Below are positions 58,279-64,000 of a stretch of 64,000 bases of DNA, piece by piece. The DNA comes from Alphaproteobacteria bacterium. Its GTDB lineage: Bacteria; Pseudomonadota; Alphaproteobacteria; MPNO01; UBA830. A program made the translations under genes and the position numbers. The notes below the pieces were generated by a model. It saw only the letters and a program-made list of their open reading frames with translations, was not told where the DNA came from and ran no database searches. The stretch spans positions 710,908-774,907 of the forward strand of contig JAYPPO010000002.1 of assembly GCA_038131485.1 (NCBI GenBank), given 5' to 3'. The stretch's first letter is position 1, and each line of letters opens with the position of its first letter.

Positions 58279-59367
58279 GTGACGGAAGCGAAACGAATCG
58301 GAGTACTTACCAGCGGCGGAGACTGTGCAGGCCTCAATGCCGCGATACGGGCGGTGGTCCACCGGGCCATCGACGGCTACGGCTACCGCGTTTTCGGCAT
58401 CCACAACGGGACCCGCGGCCTCATGGAACGGCCCCTCGATTACGAGGAGCTGTCCGAACGCATCTTCACGGGACATATCCTTCGAATGGGCGGGACGATC
58501 CTGGGATCGGTCAACCGGGGAGATCCGTTCGCTTTCCGCATGCCCGACGGCACGGTCAAGGACAGGGTCGACGAGATCGTCGACGGGTACCGGCAGCTCG
58601 GGCTGGACGCGCTGATCGCCATCGGCGGTGACGGCAGCCTCGATATCATCCGCCGGATCGCGCAGCGCGGCGACCTCAACGTGATCGGTATCCCGAAGAC
58701 CATCGACAACGACGTGGGCGTCACCGAGAACTCGATCGGCTATGTCACCGCCGTCGACGTGGCGACCGAGGCGCTCGACCGGCTGCAGCCGACGGCGGCC
58801 AGCCACAGCCGCGTCATGGTCCTGGAAGTGATGGGCCGCGACGCCGGGCATATCGCGCTGTCTGCCGGGATTTCGGGCGGCGCGGACGCGATCCTGATCC
58901 CGGAGATCGACTGGTCGGTCGAGGGACTCGCCGCGCGCATCGAGAAAGTCTACGAGACCGGCCGGAATTTCGCGCTGGTAATCGTCGCGGAGGCGGCGCG
59001 TCTTCCCGGCGGCGTGACCGTCGGCAAGGAACGCGAGGAAGGGGCGATCCGGCTCGGCGGCGTCGGCGACCGGGTCGGCGAGCTGATCGAGGCGTCGACC
59101 GGCTCGGAGACGCGGGTCACCGTGCTCGGCCACGTGCAGCGCGGCGGCGCGCCCAGCCCGCGCGACCGGTTCTTCGCGTCCGCCTTCGGCGTGCACGCGG
59201 TCGATCTGGTCGCCGAGCAGCGGTTCGACCGGATGGTCGCATGGTCCAACCGCGAATGCATCGATGTCCCGCTCCAGGACGGGATATCGGGTTATCATAC
59301 CGTCGATCCGAAGGGCGTCATCGCGCATACGGCGCGCGGCCTCGGCATCTATATCGGCGACGCCTGA
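58279..59367 (+). CDS. pfk: 6-phosphofructokinase (PfkA family; ATP- or PPi-dependent not resolved)
   Basis: GTG start with GGCGGAG upstream. RIGVLTSGGDCAGLNAAIR, IGGDGS, PKTIDND and MGRDAGHIA motifs. Confidence 0.85.
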   Translation: MTEAKRIGVLTSGGDCAGLNAAIRAVVHRAIDGYGYRVFGIHNGTRGLMERPLDYEELSERIFTGHILRMGGTILGSVNRGDPFAFRMPDGTVKDRVDEIVDGYRQLGLDALIAIGGDGSLDIIRRIAQRGDLNVIGIPKTIDNDVGVTENSIGYVTAVDVATEALDRLQPTAASHSRVMVLEVMGRDAGHIALSAGISGGADAILIPEIDWSVEGLAARIEKVYETGRNFALVIVAEAARLPGGVTVGKEREEGAIRLGGVGDRVGELIEASTGSETRVTVLGHVQRGGAPSPRDRFFASAFGVHAVDLVAEQRFDRMVAWSNRECIDVPLQDGISGYHTVDPKGVIAHTARGLGIYIGDA

Positions 59368-59394
59368 ACAGGCTTTCACGGCAGGAGAGAGGAT

Positions 59395-59958
59395 TTGGCC
59401 GAGTTTCCCGACCACCCGTTCTGGGACTTTTCGCTCGACGTCTATATGAGCGAGGGCGTCGGCGCGGCATGCCTCGCGCTGCAGGAAGCCCACGAGCTCG
59501 ACGTGAACGTGCTGCTGTATTGCAGCTGGCTCGGCGCGTCGGGGCGCGGCGTTCTGAACGATGCGGAGATGGACGCGGCGCTCGGCGCCGTCGCCGACTG
59601 GCACGAAGAGGTGGTCCGGTCGCTGCGCGCGGTGCGCACGCGGATGAAGGGAGGCGTGGCCAACGCGCCGGCCGAACTGGCCGAATCGCTGCGGCAGCGG
59701 ATCCAGAAGGCCGAGATCGACTGCGAACACACCGAGCAGCTCATGCTCGCCGCCGCCGTCGACCGCGCCGCCGACGGCTCGCTCGCGGAAAACCGCCGGG
59801 CCGCCGATGCGGCCGCCAATATCGGGCTCTATTTCGCCCGCTCCGGCCGCGTCGCGACGGATGCCGACAGGGCTAATCTGGGCGTGATCCTGGGCGTCGC
59901 TTTTCGGGGGATCCCGGAGGCGGAAATGGCGGAAATCAGGGACTCCATCGGCCGATGA
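59395..59958 (+). CDS. TIGR02444/DUF2390 family protein
   Basis: TTG start after GGCAGGAGAGAGG. FWDFSLDVYMSEGVGAACLALQEAHELDVNVLLYCSWLG matches that family's pattern. Confidence 0.65.
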   Translation: MAEFPDHPFWDFSLDVYMSEGVGAACLALQEAHELDVNVLLYCSWLGASGRGVLNDAEMDAALGAVADWHEEVVRSLRAVRTRMKGGVANAPAELAESLRQRIQKAEIDCEHTEQLMLAAAVDRAADGSLAENRRAADAAANIGLYFARSGRVATDADRANLGVILGVAFRGIPEAEMAEIRDSIGR

Positions 59959-60052
59959 GCCGCCGCCAGCATCGCGGGTTTTACTTTTTCCGGCGCGCTG
60001 TACTAGACTTCCCGGGTGGAGGCGATTTTCCACGCTACGGAGGGAACTTGAT

Positions 60053-60220
60053 ATGAGCGAAGGTCTGTCGATCGATAAGCTGAAAACACAACACGCAGAG
60101 CTCGAACACGCGCTCGAGGCCGAAGAGGCCAAACTCCAGCCCGATGATGTGACGGTCGCCGAAATCAAGAAACGAAAACTAGCGATCAAGGATGAGATCG
60201 CGCGGCTCGAGCATGTCTGA
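60053..60220 (+). CDS. DUF465 (YdcH-like) small protein, 55 aa, below the ORF-track cutoff
   Basis: ATG 60053 with GGAGGGA upstream. MSEGLSIDKLKTQHAELEHALEAEEAKLQPDDVTVAEIKKRKLAIKDEIARLEHV*. Followed by a terminator. Confidence 0.7.
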   Translation: MSEGLSIDKLKTQHAELEHALEAEEAKLQPDDVTVAEIKKRKLAIKDEIARLEHV

Positions 60221-60243
60221 GGCTCGCTGACGCGAAAGAGAAA

Positions 60244-60275
60244 AGCCCGCCCCGGCATCCCGCGGCGGGCTTTTA
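60244..60275. terminator. bidirectional Rho-independent terminator (DUF465 gene / trcR-like gene)
   Basis: AGCCCGCC...GGCGGGCT hairpin flanked by AAAA on one side and TTTT on the other. Confidence 0.7.
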
Positions 60276-60321
60276 TATGAGTATTCGGGCAGGCGCCGGG
60301 CGGCAGGCCGCCGGCGGTTGC

Positions 60322-60933
60322 TCAGAGCTTGAATTCGGGCATCGGCGTGTTGGCCGGCGGCGGATCGTCGGCCGGCGGGGACTCGACGGTCGTGCTGTAG
60401 CCGGCCCTCTTCACTTCCTTGTCCAGGTCCTGCCGGTTGCACAGGCCCAGGCCCACCGGGTCGCGGGCGCTTATATTCGCCATGTTCCAGTGCGACCGGT
60501 CGCGGATCGCCTTGATGGTCGGCTTCGTGGTGCCGATCAGGCGCGAGATCTGCGCATCGGCCAGGTTCGGGAAATGCTTTACCAGCCAGGCGATCGCGTC
60601 GGGCTTGTCGCCGCGGCGGGCGACAGGCGTGTAGCGCGGGCCCTTGGTCCGCGTTGCGGGCCGCGGCACGGTGGTCTTCGCCATCTTGAGACGTTCGGCC
60701 GGGTCGGCCTCGCAGCGCGCGATTTCCTCGCGGGTCAGCTGGCCGTTGGCGATGGGGTCGTAGCCCACCATGCCGACCGCGACCTCGTCGTCCGCGATGC
60801 TCTGCACTTCGAGCTCGTGGAGATTGCAGAACGCCCCGATCTGGCGAAAGGTCAGGCCCGTGTTCTCGATCAGCCACACGGCGGTGGCCTTCGGCATCAG
60901 GGGCTGGGCGGTGTCGTTCGATTGACGGCTCAT
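60322..60933 (-). CDS. DUF1013 protein (TrcR-like cell-cycle transcriptional regulator)
   Basis: Trimmed to ATG 60933 (MSRQSNDTAQPLMPKATAVWLIENTGLTFRQIGAFCNLHELEVQSIADDEVA...). Typical DUF1013 sequence. Confidence 0.8.
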   Translation of the reverse strand: MSRQSNDTAQPLMPKATAVWLIENTGLTFRQIGAFCNLHELEVQSIADDEVAVGMVGYDPIANGQLTREEIARCEADPAERLKMAKTTVPRPATRTKGPRYTPVARRGDKPDAIAWLVKHFPNLADAQISRLIGTTKPTIKAIRDRSHWNMANISARDPVGLGLCNRQDLDKEVKRAGYSTTVESPPADDPPPANTPMPEFKL

Positions 60934-60970
60934 AATTCCACTCTCTTTCAAGTTCGACGCGCGGTCCGCG

Positions 60971-61990
60971 TTATTCCGCCGCGTCCGCGTCGACGCTTAG
61001 CATGATCTTACCGATATGGGCGCTCGAGGCCATCAGCGCATGGGCTTCGTTTGCCTTTTCGAGCGGGAAGACCTTGTAAATCAGCGGCTTGATAGCGCCT
61101 TTTTCGAACAACGGCCACAATTTCTCGTGTACCGCGGCGGCGATCGCGCCTTTTTGCTCGACGTTGCGCGGCCGCAGGGTCGATCCGGTGTAGCGCAGGC
61201 GCTTCATCATGATCGTCGGGATGAACAGCTCGACCTTGGCGCCCTTCTGAACCGCGACCTGGACGAGGCGGCCTTCCGGGGCCAGCACGTCGAGGTTCCG
61301 GTTGAAATAGTCGCCGCCCACCATGTCGAGGACCACCGTGCAGCCCTTGCCGCCGGTCGCTTCCTTGACGACCTCGACGAAGTCCTCCTCGGTGTAGTTG
61401 ATCGCGCGGTCGGCGCCCATCTCCTCGCAGGCACGGCATTTCTCGGCGCTCCGCGCGGTCGTGAAGACGGTGCAGCCGAATGCCTTGCCCACCTGGATCG
61501 CGGCCGAGCCGATGCCGCCCGATCCGCCATGCACCAGCAGGATGTCTCCCGATTCCAGCTGTGCGCCGTCGAACAGGTTGGTCCACACCGTGAAGAAATT
61601 CTCGGGGATCGCGGCGGCGCGGATCATGTCGTAGCCCTCGGGCAGGGGCAGCGCCTGCGGGGCGGGCACAACGCAGTATTCGGCGTAGGAGCCGCCCGAA
61701 ACAAGCGCGCAGACCTCGTCGCCCAGCGTAAAGCTGTCGACGCCGTCGCCCAGTTCGACGACCGTACCGGCGAGCTCGAGGCCGGGAATGTCCGTCGTTC
61801 CCTTCGGCGGCGGGTAGCCGCCCTCGCGCTGCATCGTGTCCGGGAAGTTGACGCCCGACGCGGCGACCTTGACCAGGATCTCGCCGGCCCCGGGGCGCGG
61901 CGTGGGTCGCGTGACCGGTTTCAGGACGTCGGGGCCGCCGAATTCGGTGATTTCGATGGCGGTCATATTTTCGGGAATGTCGAAAGACAT
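60971..61990 (-). CDS. qor: NAD(P)H:quinone oxidoreductase (zeta-crystallin-type MDR)
   Basis: 339 aa. MDR fold with the GGSGGIGSAAIQ nucleotide-binding motif. Confidence 0.85.
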   Translation of the reverse strand: MSFDIPENMTAIEITEFGGPDVLKPVTRPTPRPGAGEILVKVAASGVNFPDTMQREGGYPPPKGTTDIPGLELAGTVVELGDGVDSFTLGDEVCALVSGGSYAEYCVVPAPQALPLPEGYDMIRAAAIPENFFTVWTNLFDGAQLESGDILLVHGGSGGIGSAAIQVGKAFGCTVFTTARSAEKCRACEEMGADRAINYTEEDFVEVVKEATGGKGCTVVLDMVGGDYFNRNLDVLAPEGRLVQVAVQKGAKVELFIPTIMMKRLRYTGSTLRPRNVEQKGAIAAAVHEKLWPLFEKGAIKPLIYKVFPLEKANEAHALMASSAHIGKIMLSVDADAAE

Positions 61991-62088
61991 TTCGCGGGTC
62001 TCGATTCTCTGATCTGTCGGGAACGAAGGTTGCAGGTCTATCGTCTCGGCGGCAAACTGACAAGGGGCGCGCGCCGGGAGACCGAGAG

Positions 62089-62271
62089 ATGATCGAAGAC
62101 GACAACCTTCCGCAGAACATGCCGAAACCGAAGCGGAACCTCGATCCGATGTCGATCGAGGAACTTCACGAATACATCGTGGAAATGGAAGAGGAGATCG
62201 AGCGAGTCCGCGGCGAAATCGCCAAGAAGGAGGCGCACCGCGCGGGCGTCGACGCGCTCTTCAAGAAATGA
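62089..62271 (+). CDS. DUF1192 family small protein
   Basis: 60 aa. LDPMSIEELHEYIVEMEEEIERVRGEIAKKEAHR. Confidence 0.75.
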   Translation: MIEDDNLPQNMPKPKRNLDPMSIEELHEYIVEMEEEIERVRGEIAKKEAHRAGVDALFKK

Positions 62272-62474
62272 ATCGCGTATTAACCAACAACGGCGATTCC
62301 ATCTAGAGATTAAAACTTTTTTCGATGTGCAGATTCGATTTGTTTCGATTCTTTTCTGAAAAATCTTCCACGAAAGCCATATAACATATTGAAAAATAAT
62401 AGATTAATCAGGATCTATGCGTCCGAGAATTCATACAATAATATTCCCTAATTTCCTAAAAATTGGGGTGTATT

Positions 62475-62490
62475 TTAAATGTTTGTTAAC
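62475..62490 (+). promoter_or_regulatory. perfect CtrA box TTAA-N7-TTAAC
   Basis: The sequence ttaaatgtttgttaac sits inside a ~200-nt AT-rich gap, about 25 nt upstream of the first predicted hairpin of the sRNA candidate. Confidence 0.6.
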
Positions 62491-62514
62491 GATTTCGGCC
62501 GTATTCTCATTGTC

Positions 62515-62613
62515 GACGGTTCGGGCGACCGAATCGTTGAAAAGGATCCTCATCCCATCCTTTTGACGCCTCCCTGTTAACTTGAACCGCCCTTCACGGG
62601 CGGTTCTTTTTTT
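62515..62613 (+). ncRNA. candidate trans-acting small RNA with C/U-rich (anti-SD-like) loop and intrinsic terminator; 5' end not defined
   Basis: Hairpin 1 spans 62517-62536 (CGGTTCGG-gcga-CCGAATCG). Hairpin 2 spans 62540-62564 (AAAAGGAT-cctcatccc-ATCCTTTT). Single-stranded GCCTCCC follows. The terminator spans 62584-62606 (GAACCGCCC-ttcac-GGGCGGTTC) plus T7 at 62607-62613. Confidence 0.55.
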
Positions 62614-62681
62614 GCTTTACGCTTTGTTCAAGGCGTGTTTGCTAGGATGTGCGAAATCCCCAACAAGGTGCCGATTATCGA

Positions 62682-63089
62682 ATGGCGGGTCCGCTGAACG
62701 CATTTATCGAGGATTCCTATCAGGAAACCCTCACGCTGATGACCGAACTCCGGGACTATCTGACGGAGATCCAGTCGTCGCCGACCCCGTCGCTCGACCC
62801 GCAGATCCGCACGCGGATCATCGGCGAAATATCCTCCATGACCCGGCATATGACGGAGGCCATGGCGTGGCTGCTGCTGCAGAAGGCGGCCGCGGCAGGC
62901 GAAATCACCAGCGTCGAGGCCAGCGAGCGGGCGGACGGGCTGATGACCGTCGAGGAGACGCCGCGCGAGCCCGAAGCCGGAGCGGCAGCGCTGCCGATGG
63001 AAGTTCGCGGCTATATCGACCGCAGCAGGCGGCTCTATGACCAGATCCGCAAACTCACGGAAACGACCGACAGGGCGATCGGCTGCTGA
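62682..63089 (+). CDS. DUF1465 protein (RcdA-like regulator of CtrA degradation)
   Basis: Trimmed to ATG 62682 (MAGPLNAFIEDSYQETLTLMTELRDYL...MTEAMAWLLLQKA...). The GTG at 62649 is an alternative start. Confidence 0.75.
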   Translation: MAGPLNAFIEDSYQETLTLMTELRDYLTEIQSSPTPSLDPQIRTRIIGEISSMTRHMTEAMAWLLLQKAAAAGEITSVEASERADGLMTVEETPREPEAGAAALPMEVRGYIDRSRRLYDQIRKLTETTDRAIGC

Positions 63090-63121
63090 TCGCTCGGCCG
63101 AATACCGTCTGGAATGAAAAA

Positions 63122-63139
63122 GGGACGCGGATGCGTCCC
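63122..63139 (-). terminator. Rho-independent terminator after rpmE (may also serve the rcdA-like gene)
   Basis: GGGACGC-ggat-GCGTCCC hairpin, followed by TTTTT on the minus strand. Confidence 0.7.
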
Positions 63140-63165
63140 ATTCGTCGTTTGCGCAAGCGGCCGGC

Positions 63166-63390
63166 TTACTTGATGCCGAGATCCTGGAACCGCTTGTTGA
63201 ACTTCGCGACCTGGCCGCCGGAATCGACGAGGCGCTGCGAGCCGCCCGTCCATGCCGGGTGCGACTTCGGGTCGATATCCAGCTTTAGCTGTTCGCCTTC
63301 GCTGCCCCAGGTAGATCGCGTGCGATAGGACGTACCGTCGGTCATCACAACTTCGATTTCGTGATATTCCGGATGAATGTCTTTTTTCAT
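63166..63390 (-). CDS. rpmE: 50S ribosomal protein L31
   Basis: 74 aa. [29 protein letters not shown]...HPAWTGG...[10 protein letters not shown]. Confidence 0.9.
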   Translation of the reverse strand: MKKDIHPEYHEIEVVMTDGTSYRTRSTWGSEGEQLKLDIDPKSHPAWTGGSQRLVDSGGQVAKFNKRFQDLGIK

Positions 63391-63477
63391 CGCAATTTCT
63401 CCTGAGAAAGACCGCGCTTTATAGGAAAATGTGCCCCCGTTTGCAACAAAAAGCGGGGAGGTCGCTCAGAAGTCTCC

Positions 63478-64000
63478 CTACCGCTGGGTTAGCTTGAATT
63501 CGATCCGCCTGTTGCGGCGGTAAGCGATCTCGTCGGTGCGGGTATCGAGCGGCTGGAACTCGCCGAAACCCGCGGCGACAAGGCGCTTGGCCGGGACGCC
63601 AAATTCGATCAGCTCTTTCACCACGGAGATGGCCCGGGCCGAAGAAAGCTCCCAGTTCGACGGGAATTTGTCGTTTTTTATTGGCACTCGGTCGGTATGG
63701 CCGTCGACCCGCAGCACCCAGTTCAGCTCGTCCGGGATGCGCTTTGAAATCTCGGCCAGCGTTTGTGCGAGCCGTCGGATGCGGTCCTTTCCGTCCGGAT
63801 TGAGATCGGCCGCGGCGGACGGGAACAGCACCTCGGACTGAAAGACGAAGCGGTCGCCGACGATCCGTACTCCTTGGCGTTCGCCGAGCACTTCACGCAG
63901 CCGGCCGAAGAACTCGGATCGGTAACGCGCGAGCTCGGCGACCTGTGAGGCAAGCGCCTGGTTGAGCCGCTTGCCGAGATTGACGATCTGGACGTTCTGT
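63478..64000 (-). CDS. OmpA/MotB-domain peptidoglycan-binding protein, C-terminal part; 5' end beyond window
   Basis: OmpA-like domain (FPSAAADLNPDGKDRI...VDGHTD...NWELSSARAISV...GFGEFQPL...NRRIEF). The frame stays open upstream to base 64000 (..QNVQIVNLGKRLNQALASQVAELARYRSEFFGRLREV..). Confidence 0.8.
   Translation of the reverse strand, partial: QNVQIVNLGKRLNQALASQVAELARYRSEFFGRLREVLGERQGVRIVGDRFVFQSEVLFPSAAADLNPDGKDRIRRLAQTLAEISKRIPDELNWVLRVDGHTDRVPIKNDKFPSNWELSSARAISVVKELIEFGVPAKRLVAAGFGEFQPLDTRTDEIAYRRNRRIEFKLTQR

Noticed and set aside
62272-62640. Chromosomal replication origin
   Set aside because: The region is AT-rich with one CtrA box and several GANTC sites. However, there is no cluster of DnaA boxes, no multiple CtrA boxes, and no hemE/dnaA/parAB-type neighbourhood.
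1-64000. Search for tRNA, rRNA, CRISPR arrays, integrases and intact insertion sequences
   Set aside because: I saw no T-loop (GGTTCGAATCC-like) or cloverleaf candidates, no rRNA-like stretches, no regularly spaced direct repeats, and no integrase or transposase ORFs.

Overview
High-GC alphaproteobacterial chromosome segment. The lineage call rests on GapR/DUF2312, TrcR/DUF1013, RcdA/DUF1465, DUF1192, DUF465, a COQ9-like gene next to rpsU, a PEP-CTERM protein and a perfect CtrA box. I found no rRNA, tRNA, CRISPR array or intact mobile element. The left third (about 0.8-21 kb) looks visibly less GC-rich and accessory. It holds three MarR regulators, two luciferase-like (LLM) monooxygenases, a crotonase, a class II photolyase and a two-component system. 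It also holds an orphan TRAP binding protein, then a Rieske oxygenase / hyuA-hyuB / DPD-like Fe-S flavoprotein / FAH hydrolase / MBL hydrolase set bracketed by two paralogous MarR genes. The middle (21-38 kb) is housekeeping: rpmJ, glcDEF, pyk, glycerate kinase, gapR, an acyl-CoA synthetase, pepF and an ABC1 kinase. From 37 to 47 kb lie a PEP-CTERM protein, a large SAM-cyclase-STAND-TPR signalling gene with one frameshift, and a third LLM gene facing a SucCD-like CoA ligase pair. That pair is followed by an acyl-CoA-dehydrogenase-fold protein that appears to lack both usual catalytic glutamates, then a second broken cyclase-TPR gene. From about 46.6 to 55.6 kb every recognisable gene needs frame corrections (bioA, bioB, bioF, bioD, tauE-like, methyltransferase, rpsU, def, COQ9-like, purK). 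I read this as more likely consensus error than true decay, but it must be checked. The right end (56.5-64 kb) is intact: purE, a GGDEF protein, pfk, two DUF465 genes, trcR-like, qor, DUF1192, rcdA-like, rpmE and an OmpA/MotB-like gene. It also contains an AT-rich gap with a perfect CtrA box, a GANTC cluster and a strongly predicted terminator-ended small RNA (or 33-aa peptide). Many long ORFs in the track are antisense or alternate-frame shadows typical of high-GC DNA and were not called. All functional calls come from motif recognition by eye, not from database searches.
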